Source of the DNA: Macrostomum lignano
Lineage: Eukaryota
NCBI GenBank assembly: GCA_002269645.1
Contig: NIVC01002434.1
Span: forward strand, 1 to 64,000
Direction: 5' to 3'
Length of the DNA stretch: 64,000 nt
Shown here piece by piece: positions 1 to 12,427 of this stretch. Position 1 is the stretch's first letter; each line of letters starts with the position of its first letter. The position numbers and the translations under genes are program-made. The notes below the pieces were generated by a model. That model ran no database searches, was not told the origin of the DNA, and was given only the letters and a program-made list of their open reading frames with translations.

Positions 1-449
1 AGTTTCTAGGAAAACAGCTGTTGTCCCTACCCCTCAAAGCGGGAGCAATTCTTCTTTGCAAAAAAAGAATTACCCCCTCCCGTGCGTATTAGCCTCATCG
101 CCAGTTACGTACGCTCGTAGAAAACTGCTTTGCCGATATTCTGGAGTTTCTTGTCGACACTGATAAGCTTCAGTTCGACTGTCTGGATAGGGAGCTTTGA
201 CACTTTTGCTACAATCCAAGAAATAATTGCCTGCAGGGCTTGGAGGGAGAAAAAAGCAATACTCTGCTAGCTGCAGATCCTGAAACATGTGGCTTTTCCT
301 GCAAGCGTTTTGCAGAAATATTCAATTCTGAAAGATGTATTGATTTTTTAAAAAGAAGCCGAAAAGTCTTCTGCTTTTGCTGCTCATTCTAGCGGCTTTA
401 GCGATACATGCTAGAATTGCTTGTTGGTTGCTGGCTTTTTCGTCCTCAC

Positions 450-830
450 CTTTTCTCTCCTTCATTTCTCCCTTCATTACTTCCTCCATTATTCCTTTCA
501 TTTCTCCCTTCATTTCTCCATTCATTTCTCCCTTCATTCCTCCCTTTATTACTCCTTCATTATTCCCTTGATTTCTCCCTTGATCTCTCCATTCATTTCT
601 CCCTTCATTTCTCCCTTCATTTCTCCATTCATTTCTCCTTCATTTCTCCCTTCATTTCTCCCTTCATTTCTCCATTCATTTCTCCCTTCATTTCTCCCTT
701 CATTACTTCCTTCATTATTCCTTCATTTTTCCCTTCATTCTGCCTTCATTTCTCACTTTATTACTTTCTTCATTTCTCCCTTCATTTCTCCATTCATTAC
801 TCATTGTTATTGCTCTCTTCATTTCTCCCT
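450..830. repeat. 12-bp tandem repeat (ATTTCTCCCTTC)n
   Basis: Directly visible tandem units. Confidence 0.9.
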
Positions 831-1646
831 GTGTCTCACATTTTATATCTCTACTTTGAGCTGAGAGTTGTCAGTTAGTCTGGCCCAATTAGTCAAGTTG
901 CATTAGCTACAGAACAAATGCGTTGCTGCATCAGCAAAACTCGCATTAAGCAACAGACCGGGTTGTAACACATTCAGCATCATTTTAATAGCAGCCGCTG
1001 GCACCCACTTGTCACATTTTGCTTTAACTAAATTCAGTTGACAGCTTTCAAAACCAGCCTATATAAGTAGAGAAGAGAAATATCATTTTCTCAATGCTAA
1101 TTTGGCTATAGCAACTACTTACAGCTTTGAGCTTTCAACTAGCACCCTGCGAGCACTGCTCGGCGGGAGCGCTTTGCTCACAATCGGAGATGAATAGAGA
1201 GAGATTCTCATAAATTACAAAGGTCTACTCGGGATTGTATACAAATTGCAGAGAGCATCGACATGATTAAATACACCATATCATCTCTCACCTGCCAGAG
1301 ATGAGCAATCAAGCCTCTCCCTCTATATCAAAGCTTTCTTTTTATCGCATTGGAATTCTTGCATTCTGCTCGCCGAGAACTGCCCCACTTCAACTCGCCG
1401 TTGTTAAATTTCTCTCTGCATTTGTCTTGCGCTGTCAGCTGTCCGTGTTTAGAATTCGTGTTCTACAGTTTTTCTGCAGTTTTCTGTGCCTTTCTTTTCA
1501 AGCTGTCCTAGTTTTAATTGTCTGGCACCCCTGTCTGCCTGTCTCTCCCCCTATCCTATATACTCGCGGCTTTAGAGCAGGTGAGCGCTAACTCTGTGTT
1601 CACAACTGCATTATCGGTGTTAACAATCTTGTATTAGCAGCAATTT

Positions 1647-1683
1647 CACACACACAGACACACACACACACACACGCAGAGAC

Positions 1684-1749
<66 letters not shown>
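1647..1749. repeat. (CA)n followed by (GA)n microsatellite
   Basis: Directly visible. Confidence 0.95.
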
Positions 1750-1751
<2 letters not shown>

Positions 1752-2004
1752 CCCTTCTTAGAGACTGAGGACAAACAAAGATTTCTAGAAGCCCGGCAAG
1801 TGTCGTTAAAAGTTTGCCAAGAAGCTTCCTTCCAGATGATCTGCAGGACTTCTCTCTCTGTGTGCTTCTTTTTTGCTTGCTTTTCTGTAACCCAGGCATC
1901 ACGACCGTTTGAGCTGGCTAGATTAAGCATTCATGGAAAAGTAGAAAGTTTTATTCCACTAAAGAGAGCCGGATATCAAGTGAAATTTCTTTAGGCGATA
2001 GGCA

Positions 2005-2530
2005 GTCAGGTGACAGAGACAGACAGTGCCTAAAGTGACAGTGACACACAGTCAGGTGACAGAGATAGACAGTGCCTAAAGTGACAGTGACAGACAGTCA
2101 GGTGACAGAGACAGACAGTGCCTAAAGTGACAGTGACAGACAGTCAGGTGACAGAAACAGACAGTGCCTAAAGTGACAGTGACAGACAGTCAGGTGACAC
2201 TGACAGACACTGTCAACAGTGACAGACAGTCAGGTGACAGAGACAGACAGTGCCTAAAGTGACAGTGACACACAGTCAGGTGACAGAAACAGACAGTGCC
2301 TAAAGTGACAGTGACAGACAGTCAGGTGACACTGACAGACACTGTCAACAGTGACAGACAGTCAGGTGACACTGACAGACACTGTCAACAGTGACAGACA
2401 GTCAGGTGACACAGACAGACAGTGTCAACAGTGACAGACAGTCAGGTGACACTGACAGACACTGTCAACAGTGACAGACAGTCAGGTGACACAGACAGAC
2501 AGTGTCAACAGTGACAGTGACAGACAGTGA
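2005..2530. repeat. Minisatellite with 46-bp and 40-bp unit variants (gtcaggtgacagagacagacagtgcctaaagtgacagtgacagaca), Wnt5 intron 2
   Basis: Tandem units directly visible; begins about 80 nt from the Wnt5 exon 2 donor. Confidence 0.9.
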
Positions 2531-2606
2531 CAGTATCATACGCAGAGATGACGCAAAGCTGCCTCATTCATATTACACATCCGTAGAAAGTACATCAGGC
2601 ACTCAC

Positions 2607-5600
2607 CATCGTCAGACACGGCCCGAAAGCCAAGCTGGACCTGTGACTGGCCCCGCAGTTCCATCGCCGGCTTTGAATTGCGAGGCGCACTCCTGCATGC
2701 CAGCCGGCACCCTGGGTCACCGCCGGCATCAGCGAGAAGTGCTGCTGACAGTAGAGCGTCTGCTTTGGCGACAGGCCGGCGATACTGCTGCAGGTTGGCT
2801 GAGCAGACAGGATGAGCGTCTGGTCCAGACGGTGGCTGCCCGCTCGCCAGGACAGAAAGCCAACGTTCCTGACGGTGTGTGCATCGCCGGGCGATGTTAA
2901 AAGCTAACTAACCAGGTGTTACACTTCATCGACAAAGCATCTCGTTTTGTAGGTCGATTTGCCATCCAATAAAATGTTCTAGCGACCTTGATAATTACTT
3001 AGGGGTTTGTAGCCTAGTGGTTAGAGCGTCTGACTCACTACGGAAAGGTCGGGGGTTCGATTCTCGACCTAGTCAGAACAATTTGTGTCATTGAGCAAGA
3101 CGCTTAACTCTGAATTGCTTCAGTTCACCCAGCTGTAAAAGGGGTAATTGAGGGTGTGTGTTGCGAACCCTCCCTCCCCCAGTCCTTGGACTGAACAGCC
3201 GTACGCAGCCTTCAGATGCGCCGCGCAATAGCTGCGGCTGAGCTGTCGGTTGCACATCTGGCCCAATTGGGCAGGTGAAATCAATTATTATTATATTCCG
3301 AAAATCAAGCATTGATCATTTAAAACCCTTTAATAAAATTCTCAATCCAGCTTTGAAGTCTTCTCAGTTCAGCCTTAGCAACCATCCTATATAGCAACCA
3401 AATTTCTGTGGTTAATTTATCGCTCGAACGCAAATCCCTTCCCGATATCCGAATAAATGAGGTTCGCTGTTATGTTTGCATGGATAACTATCCCATGTGT
3501 GCATATGTGTAATTGATAGATTGGGAATGCTAGGCCAAGCATGGTTCCGTATTACCGCATGAGTGCATCAGTATTAATATACATGAGCAGTATAGCAACT
3601 ATGTGGAGATGCAGCCACTGAAACGGAAGGAAGGAACCGATCGCTGTGCATCTACAAGCTATTCTGGGTGCGACAAGAAATGATGAAGAGGCGGAAGCTG
3701 GTGACTAATAAGGCTGGGTCGGGCCACATGGCTACATGTGATGCACGGGCTGTTTTGAATCGGTAGTAACCGCCGTTACAGACATAATGTTATGGCAACT
3801 CCTTTGTTGTCCGTCTCTATTATTATTATTATTATTATTAACTATAGTGTGTATAAAACCTGGCAAAATGATGAACGACTCAAAATTCTATCGCTATAGC
3901 TATTTTGGTGCCCGGCGGCAAAAATTTAACTAAGCTTTGCGGAGAGTGAGAAATAGTAGAAAAAAGGTTGTGAAAGAAGCCTTACTCATGCCGCTGCTGT
4001 TGTGCTCCGCCAGAGAGGGGAGGCATATTTAGAATGGAAAAGGTGTGGCGGTGAGATGGGAGAGAAGGGAGGAAAAAATGGTGAATTTCCCCACCCAGCG
4101 CGGCTGTGGTGCAATGCGAGTGTGAATCCTCTTGTGACCAGTGGAGCGTGTGGAGCCCGCCTGCAGGTGTTTTTGTCTGCCTTGAGGGTCTGAGACCGCC
4201 TGGTGGGGTAGCATAGCAGCGCTACTAATAATAAGGTGTTTTTCTTTGCCCGGCTTCATCCAAGGAGATCTTCCACCAGGATCTGGATTAGCCTACCTTA
4301 AATCCTCAGCATCCAATTATGTAATCTACACACAGGATATACTTGAGTTTCAGGGCAGATTGTCATACCGATGTTCGTTAATCAAGACGGTACTCAAGGC
4401 GGTAGTTTTGTGTATAACGAGTTTTTGCATTTTAACGGCCAGATGAGAGAGGAGACAGGAGAGAGGACAGAAAATAGTGGAGAAGAGACACAATCCTGGA
4501 TTGCTATTGTGAAGTTTCAAAGGACCCCCGAGGGCCGGGTGGAGAGGCTTCCTGAGTTTGTCCGACCCCTGATCTGAACTGTAGTTTTGATAATGATAAT
4601 ACAAGAATTAACACTGAGCATAGTCCTGGGAGATGGTTCCAATTTATCTGACTTCTGTTAGTAAAACTTTAAAATTCGATTGGCCCCATGTGGGTTTTGC
4701 ACCTTATTATGCAATCTATGCTCACGTTTCAGTCCTGTTCGTATGGAATGTATAGTAGCTCGTATAACATCCATCAGGTGTCGGGTCTTTTGAAATTTCA
4801 CAATGGCAATGCTCCCGCCTGGTCAAGGTTTGCGTCTCTTCTCATCTCCTCTTTCCCACTCCCCTCCTCTCCTCTCTCCCCCTCCCCCCTCCTCTCCTCT
4901 CCGCCACTCCCCTCCTCTCCTCTCTCCCCCTCTCCCCTCCTCTCCTCTCCGCAACTCCCCTCCTCTCCTCTCCGCCACTCCCCTCCTCTCTTCTCTCCCC
5001 CTCCCCCTCCTCTCTCCTCTCCCCCTCCTCCCTCCTCTCCTCTCCGCCACTCCCTCCTCTCTTCTCTCCCCCTCTCCCCTCCCCCTCTCCGCCACTCCCC
5101 TCCTCTCTTCTCTCCCCCTCCCCCTCCTCTCTTCTCTCCCCCTCCCCCCTCCTCTCTCTCTCCCCCTCCCTCCTCCTCTCCTCTCCGCCAATCCCTCCTC
5201 TCTTCTCTCCCCCTCCCCCCTCCTCTCTTCTCTCCCCCTCTCCCCTCCTCTCCTCTCCGCCACTCCCTCCTCTCTTCTCTCCCCCTCTCCCCTCCTCTCC
5301 TCTCCGCCACTCCCCTCCTCTCTTCTCTCCCCCTCCCCCCTTCTCTCTCCTCTCCCCTCCCCCCTCCTCCTCTCCGCCACTCCCCTCCTCTCTTCTCTCC
5401 CCCTCCCCCTCCTCTCTCCTCTCCCCTCTCCCCTCCTCTCCTCTCCGCCACTCCCCTCCTCTCTTCTCTCCCCCTCCCCCTCCTCTCCTCTCCGCCACTC
5501 CCCTCCTCTCTTCTCTCCCCTCCCCCTCCTCTCTCCTCTCCCCCTCTCCCCTCCTCTCCTCTCCGCCACTCCCCTCCTCTCTTCTCTCCCCTCTCCCCTC

Positions 5601-8600
5601 CTCTCCTCTCCGCCACTCCCCTCTCTTCTCTCTCCCCTCCCCCCTCCTCTCCTCTCCGCCACTCCCCTCCTCTCTTCTCTCCCCCTCCCCCTCCTCTCTT
5701 CTCTCCCCCTCCCCCTCCTCTCTTCTCTCCCCCTCCCCCCTCCTCTCTCCTCTCCCCCTCCCCCCTCCTCTCCTCTCCGCCACTCCCCTCCTCTCTTCTC
5801 TCCCCCTCCCCCCTCCTCTCTCCTCTCCCCCTCTCCCCTCCTCTCCTCTCCGCCACTCCCTCCTCTCTTCTCTCCCCCTCCCCCCTCCTCTCTCCTCTCC
5901 GCCACTCCCCTCCTCTCTTCTCTCCCCCTCCCCCCTTCTCTCTTCTCTCCCCCTCTCCCCTCCTCTCCTCTCCGCCACTCCCCTCCTCTCTCTCTCCCCC
6001 TCTCCCTCCTCTCCTCCCGCCACTCCCCTCCTCTCTTCTCTCCCCCTCCCCCTCCTCTCTCCTCTCCCCTCCCCCCTCCTCTCCTCTCCGCCACTCCCCT
6101 CCTCTCCTCTCCCCCTCCCTCCTCCTCTCTCCTCTCCCCCTCTCCCCTCCTCTCCTCTCCGCCACTCCCCTCCTCTCTTCTCTCCCCCTCCCCCTCCTCT
6201 CCTCTCCGCCACTCCCCTCTCTCTTCTCTCCCCCTCCCCCCTCCTCTCTCCTCTCCCCCTCCCCTCCTCTCTCTCTCCGCCACTCCCCTCCTCTCTTCTC
6301 TCCCCTCTCCCCTCCTCTTCTCTCCGCCACTCCCCTCCTCTCTTCTCTCCCCTCCCCCTCCTCTCCTCTCCGCCACTCCCCTCCTCTCTTCTCTCCCCTC
6401 CCCCTCCTCTCTTCTCTCCCCCTCCCCCCTCCTCTCTTCTCTCCCCCTCCCCCCCCTCTCTTCTCTCCCCTCCCCCCTCCTCTCCTCTCCGCCACTCCCC
6501 CTCTCTTCTCTCCCCTCCCCCTCCTCTCCTCTCCGCCACTCCCTCCTCTCTTCTCTCCCCCTCCCCCTCCTCTTTCCCCCCTCCCTCCTCCTCTCCTCTC
6601 CGCCAATCCCCTCCTCTCTTCTCTCCCCTCCCCCTCCTCTCTTCTCTCCCCCTCTCACCTCCTCTCCTCTCCGCCACTCCCCTCCTCTCTTCTCTCCCCC
6701 TCTCCCCTCCTCTCCTCTCCGCCACTCCCCTCCTCTCTCTCTCCCCCTCCCCCCTCCTCTCCTCTCCCCTCCCCCCTCCTCTCCTCTCCGCCACTCCCCT
6801 CCTCTCTTCTCTCCCCTCCCCCCTCCTCTCTCCTCTCCCCCTCTCCCCTCCTCTCCTCTCCGCCACTCCCCTCCTCTCTTCTCTCCCCTCTCCCCTCCTC
6901 TCTTCTCTCCCCCTCCCCCTCCTCTCTCCTCTCCCCCTCTCCCCCTCCTCCTCTCCGCCACTCCCTCCTCTCTTCTCTCCCTCTCTCCCCTCCTCTCCTC
7001 TCCGCCACTCCCCTCCTCTCTTCTCTCCCCCTCCCCTCCTCTCCTCTCTCGCCACTCCCCTCTCTCTCTTCTCTCCCCCTCCCCCCTCCTCTCTTCTCTC
7101 CCCCTCCCCCCTCCTCTCTTCTCTCCCCCTCCCCCCTCCTCTCCTCTCCGCCACTCCCCTCCTCTCTTCTCTCCCCCTCCCCCTCCTCTCCTCTCCGCCA
7201 CTCCCCTCCTCTCTTCTCTCCCCCTCCCCTCCTCTCTCCTCTCCCCTCTCTCCCTCCTCTCCTCTCCGCCACTCCCCTCCTCTCTTCTCTCCCCCTCCCC
7301 CTCCTCTCCTCTCCGCCACTCCCCTCCTCTCTCTCTCCCCCTCCCCCTCCTCTCTTCTCTCCCCCTCCCCTCCTCTCCTCTCCGCCAATCCCCTCCTCTC
7401 TTCTCTCCCCTCCCCTCCTCTCCTCTCCGCCACTCCCCTCCTCTCCTCTCCGCCACTCCCCTCCTCTCCTCTCCGCCACTCCCCTCCTCTCCTCTCCGCC
7501 ACTCCCTCCTCTCCTCTCCTCTCCTCTCCTCTTTCCCTCCTCTCTCTCCTCTCTTTTTTCTCTCTTCTCTCTTCTCTCTGTATCATAATTCTCATCTCGT
7601 CTTCTTTCTCCTATCATCTTTCTCATCTCTTCACTTTTTATCTCTCTGTGATCTCTTCTCTCCTCTTATCTCCTCTTTCATCTCTTTTCTCTTCCAGTCT
7701 CTCATGTCGTCTCTCTCTCTCGCCTCGCCACCATTCTCTCTTCTCGCATCTCTAATCTTCTCTTTCCCCTTTTCTCTTCTGTATTTCCTGTCGCAGCCAT
7801 TAGCCGGGATTATTTATCTGGCGGGTGTTGAGACAGCAGCAATAGTCTATGGCTGGCCATATTGTTTTGCTTTCAGCCTTCGGTATGCAAAGGTTAATCT
7901 GTAAACATGAGGCATTCCTTCTTGTTTATTTTCGAGTTCAATTCCGCCAAGAAGCCTCGCAGATGCAGATGATGGACGCGCCAAGGGGGGGAGGATGCTT
8001 ATAACACGATTGAAAGACAAAAAGCCTGACAGACAGACAGCAGTTCATCAGACCACGGCTTATCAAACGTGGCGATCTTGTTGTACCTTCGTGCATTGTT
8101 GAAGCCCTGCTTTGCCTGTTGCCAGCGCCAGGACTGCAGCAGATTGTTGTGCAAAAAAATGGAAGCAAAGTTAAAAAAACTGAAGTGCGAACGACCATCT
8201 GTTTAAAAATATGCGACCGCGGTTGCTTTCACGGAGATTTGGTAACTGCAGAAAAACTGTTCAACTGTCAAACAGGAAAACTAATGAAGGAGTTCGGGAT
8301 GCTGCATTTTGTATGCGAAGTAGTACGGATGCACTGCATTGGATCTCGGTAACTGCAGGATTGGAGCCTGGGGTGTTATCTGCCCCGACGCGATGGGTTA
8401 CAGGCCAAGCACCGAGAGGCCATATATTTTCCTTTGCTACAGAAAGTTCCAGTGTCAGTCGGAATCTGCTTCCGCGAGGCTATCTGGAGCGTATATTATT
8501 CTAAATATATTCGCTAGTGTGTAATAATATTCATGACCGCCAATATTTTTTTTGGTTCTGATCCACTGGGTTGGGCACCATTTGATGAACTTTTCATGGC

Positions 8601-10740
8601 TCTTAAAGTCTTGGCGAGAGGGAGGAGGAGGAGGGCGCAGCGCCCAACTAATACACCAAACTGAGAGTCGGTAGGCCGCGGACGCCAAGGGGGCGCGCCT
8701 AAGTTGAGTCTTTTTGATTTCTCCTGTACGAAATGTCAGAAAATTTGTGCGAAATGAAATGTTAGATAAATATCACCAAACATTTAAAATTTGCATTGCA
8801 AAACTTGACCAGGCGCCAACTTAAAGTAAGAGGCGCCAAGTAAAAGTAAGAGGCGCCAAGTAAAAGTAAGAGGCGCCAAGTAAAAGTAAGGGGCGCCAAC
8901 TAAAGGCAAGAGGCGCCAACTAAAAGTTAGAGGCGCCAAGTAAAAGTAAGAGGCGCCAAGTAAAAGTAAGAGGCGCCAAGTAAAAGTAAGGGGCGCCAAC
9001 TAAAAGTAAAGGGCGCCAACTAAAAGCAAGAGGCGCCAACTAAAAGTAAGAGGCGCCAACTAAAAGTAAGAGACGCCAAGTAAAAGTAAGAGGCGCCAAC
9101 TAAAAGTAAGAGGCGCCAACTAAAAGTAAGGGGCGCCAACTAAAAGTAAGAGGCGCCAACTAAAAGTAAGGGGCGCCAATTAAAAGTAAGAGGCGCCAAC
9201 TAAAATTAAGGGGCGCCAACTAAAAGTAAGGGGCGCCAATTAAAAGTAAGAGGCGCCAACTAAAATTAAGGGGCGCCAACTAAAAGTAAGAGGCGCCAAG
9301 TAAAAGTAAGAGGCGCCAAGTAAAAGTAAGAGGCGCCAAGTAAAAGTAAGAGGCGCCAAGTAAAAGTAAGAGGCGCCAACTATAAGTAAGAGGCGCCAAC
9401 TAAAAGTAAGAGGCGTCAAGTAAAAGTAAGGGGCGCCAAGTAAAAGTAAGAGGCGCCAAGTAAAAGTAAGGGACGCCAACTAAAAGTAAAGGGCGCCAAC
9501 TAAAAGCAAGAGGCGCCAACTAAAAGCAAGAGGCGCCAATTAAAAGTAAGAGGCACCAACTAAAAGTAAGAGGCGCCAACTAATATTAAGGGGCGCCAAC
9601 TAAAAGTAAGAGGCGCCAACTAAAAGTAAGAGGCGCCAACTAAAAGTAAGAGGCGCCAACTAAAAGTAAGAGGCGCCAACTAAAAGTAAGGGGCGCAAAT
9701 TAAAAGTAAGAGGCGCCAACTAAAATTAAGGGGCGCCAACTAAAAGTAAGAGGCGCCAAGTAAAAGTAAGAGGCGCCAACTAAAAGTAAGAGGCGCCAAC
9801 TAAAAGTAAGAGGCGCCAACTAAAAGTAAGGGGCGCAAATTAAAAGTAAGAGGCGCCAACTAAAATTAAGGGGCGCCAACTAAAAGTAAGAGGCGCCAAG
9901 TAAAAGTAAGAGGCGCCAAGTAAAAATAAGAGGCGCCAACTAAAAGTAAGAGGCGCCAACTAAAAGTAAGGGGCGCCAACTAAAAGTAAGAGGCGCCAAC
10001 TAAAAGTAAGAGGCGCCAAGTAAAAGTAAGGGGCGCCAAGTAAAAGTAAGAGGCGCCAAGTAAAAGTAAGGGACGCCAACTAAAAGTAAAGGGCGCCAAC
10101 TAAAAGCAAGAGGCGCCAACTAAAAGCAAGAGGCGCCAATTAAAAGTAAGAGGCGCCAACTAAAAGTAAGAGGCGCCAACTAAAATTAAGGGGCGCCAAC
10201 TAAAAGTAAGTGGCGCCAACTAAAAGTAAGAGGCGCCAAGTAAAAGTAAGAGGCGCCAAGTAAAAGTAAGAGGCGCCAACTAAAAGTAAGAGGCGCCAAC
10301 TCCGAGCGTATAAGCAAGTGGCACCAAGACGGAGTAAAGTGTGATGCCTAATCAAGTTGATTAAAGACTAAAGGAATTACCAGAATTGAGACAAGGAGCT
10401 CACAGTGGTTAACTAACCGCAAAAACATGCTGTATAGTTTGAATCAATTCACATTGCTGTATTCTAAGAATTAATGATTTCTGTTATCTGGTTACAAGGG
10501 TTTCCTAAACTCTAGGAGCCTAAGTTTGCTCAATTCATTATTGAATTTAGATTCTACAAACTGAATTAGTGGATCTGGACAGAGCGCCAGTTCCCTCAAT
10601 ACTAACAAGTTTATCACCGTTAGTTAGGCCTCGACCCTTAACACACGCACAAAAGATGGCACTTACCACCAGTTTCCAAGGCAACCAGCAATGCAGTAGG
10701 CCGTAACTAAGCAACGTAGTAGCGCAAATCGAGCTCGCAT
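2607..10740 (-). CDS. WNT5: Wnt5-type ligand, 5' part only: coding exon 1 10740-10667, exon 2 2868-2607; remaining exons are outside the window (left)
   Basis: Exon 1 reads MRARFALLRCLVTAYCIAGCLGNW-tg|gtaagt (signal-peptide-like, phase 2). It splices in phase to cag|g-NVGFLSWRAGSHRLDQTLILSAQPTCSSIAGLSPKQTLYCQQHFSLMPAVTQGA...SRRWNCGASHRSSLAFGPCLTM|gtgagt. AQPxCSxxAGLSxxQ and RRWNC match Wnt5 (human WNT5A AQPLCSQLAGLSQGQ...RRWNC). GMQECASQFK is present in a shifted frame (see findings). The exons are missed by the ORF track. Confidence 0.88.
3001..3297 (+). mobile_element. tRNA-derived SINE, full-length copy (CORE-like central domain, (TTA)n tail)
   Basis: Pol III A-box (tagcctagtggttagagc) and B-box (ggttcgattc) in a tRNA-like head. 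The middle tgtgtcattgagcaagacgcttaac..cagttcacccagctgtaaaa resembles CORE-type SINE domains. The 3' part is shared with three other copies in the window. Confidence 0.8.
4840..7720. repeat. About 2.8-kb polypyrimidine (C/T) low-complexity array with recurring TCTCCGCCACTCCCCTCC, Wnt5 intron 1
   Basis: Almost purely C/T on the + strand; generates spurious SPL/ERG-rich ORFs. Confidence 0.95.
8812..10300. repeat. 20-bp minisatellite (TAAAAGTAAGAGGCGCCAAC/G)n
   Basis: Highly regular 20-bp period, directly visible. Confidence 0.95.
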
Positions 10741-11383
10741 GGTTTCGATGCTTCTCGAAATTCTAGGCAGCTTGAGGATAATTCAATAAGAAGGGCTGCT
10801 TTTAGAACTTAGCCTTGGCTATAGAGCGATGCTGTTGCAGCAGCCGCTGGGGCATAATCCGCTTGAGCGCAAAATCTGGGCAAAGTTTACCTTTTTACCC
10901 TATACACGGGAGAATAAGAGGGCAAGAGAGGTGACTGTATAGTTCAGCTCAGTTCTTTTGACGGGTCTTTTGTCGCGTCGTCACACAGTTTTGATATCCG
11001 ATTTCCGTTAGGCCAAACCTTCTTGACCGACTTCCTATTGTGCGTTAGCAACCGCGGAGTTGGGTTAAAAAAATTAATTTCTGCAGCTATGAAATGCAGG
11101 CTTCAGAGAATCTCTGTAGAAGTTGAAGAGAACTGCCAAGCGGTAGCGCAAAGGCTTTGCTTTAGTAGCAGAGGACTCTGCAGAGCTCTGCTATTTGTCT
11201 AAAGCTCTAATTGGTTCCCGCTGGCAACGGGCCAATGACCTGCTGGGAGGTCCTGCTTTGTAAATGTCTTTGTATGCCAATTAAAACTAAGCCCCACACC
11301 GCCTGTTGGCAGTAGTATGTGACGATATGCAAATGTGTGACATTTTGGTCGCATAAAATCAAGGGCTTAGCTATAGTCATTGC

Positions 11384-11855
11384 AGTAGCTTTGGCGCCCC
11401 TTTGCAGTAGCTTTGGCGCCCCTTGACAGTAGCTTTGGCGCCCCTTTGCAGTAGCTTTGGCGCCCCCTTGCAATAGCTTTAGCGCCCCTTGGCAGTAGCC
11501 TTGGCGCCCCCTTGCAATAGCTTTTAGCGCCCCTTGGCAGTAGCTTTGGCGCCCTTTGTAGTAGATTTGGCGCCCCTTGCAGTAGCTTTGGCGCTCCCTT
11601 GCAATAGCTTTAATGCCCCTTGGCAGTAGATTTGGCGCCCTTTGTAGTAGATTTGGCGCCCTTTGGCAGTAGCTTTGGCGCCCCCTTGCAATAGCTTTAT
11701 CGCCCCTTGGCAGTAGCTTTGGCGCCCCCTTGCAATAGCTTTATCGCCCCTTGGCAGTAGCTTTGGCGCCCCCTTGCAGTAGCTTTGGCGCCTTCTTGTA
11801 GTAGCTTTGGCGCCCCTTGCATTAGCCTCGCGCCCATTGCAGTAGCTTTGGCGCC
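11384..11855. repeat. 20-21-bp minisatellite (GCAGTAGCTTTGGCGCCCCTT)n
   Basis: Directly visible; ends near a hAT-like terminus ggcgcccctg at 11885-11894. Confidence 0.9.
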
Positions 11856-12427
11856 TCTTTCGCTGGCGCCGAATCATGTGAAATGGCGCCCCTGGTGCTG
11901 TCACCCATTGAGGGAAAATTTGCAACACAAAAATAATTTTGCAGTTATTAGATTCCATTAAAAAGTTTCTCACAATAATTTGTAAGGCTAATTAGTATGC
12001 TTTAACTGAACATTAAACGGCAGTATTTATTTTAAAGTACTTTGTATTGCTTTATTCTATAATTCGTACACAAAAACCTGGCAGCAAGGACTACTTAAGA
12101 ACACCTTAACTGGTAGTCCTTGACTGTAGCTAACTTGCTGTCTGTATTGCAAGACCAGTTAATGCTTTCCTCAAGCACATCACGTGCAGTGCAATTAATC
12201 AAAATTCGTTGCATGCAGAAGCAAATAAAAAGCGTATTATAAGCTCTCAAACAATGAGATCTATTCTGATTTCTAATTAGGTTTGTTAAATTGTGCCTAA
12301 GTGTGTGAAACCCCACATTTATTGTCATGGCATGGCATAATTGGGACAAACATGCATAATGTAGGCATATTTAGAATGCTTAAAACTTTGTTTTAGACAC
12401 CTTTCTAGTACATGTACGTCTTTAGAA

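Noticed and set aside
70-440. Possible transposon or next Wnt5 exon fragment at the left edge
   Set aside because: No Wnt exon-3 motif (GSRE/CGC) and no recognisable domain in any frame.
2502-2900. 132-aa plus-strand ORF
   Set aside because: It is the antisense shadow of the Wnt5 exon extended from a tandem repeat; no recognisable protein features.
3001-3075. tRNA gene (also 36051-36120 and 13145-13220)
   Set aside because: A and B boxes are present, but there is no clean cloverleaf. Two of the three continue into a shared SINE body.
4080-4580. Coding-looking stretch (..CDQWSVWSP.., MFVNQDGTQGG..)
   Set aside because: It is interrupted by stops, with no family recognised. Part resembles a repeat at about 45880-45980, so it is probably decayed interspersed repeat.
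4688-7904. Six long ORFs (up to 1033 aa) rich in S/P/L or E/R/G
   Set aside because: They are translations of a C/T-only array that lacks stop codons on both strands; it lies inside the Wnt5 intron.
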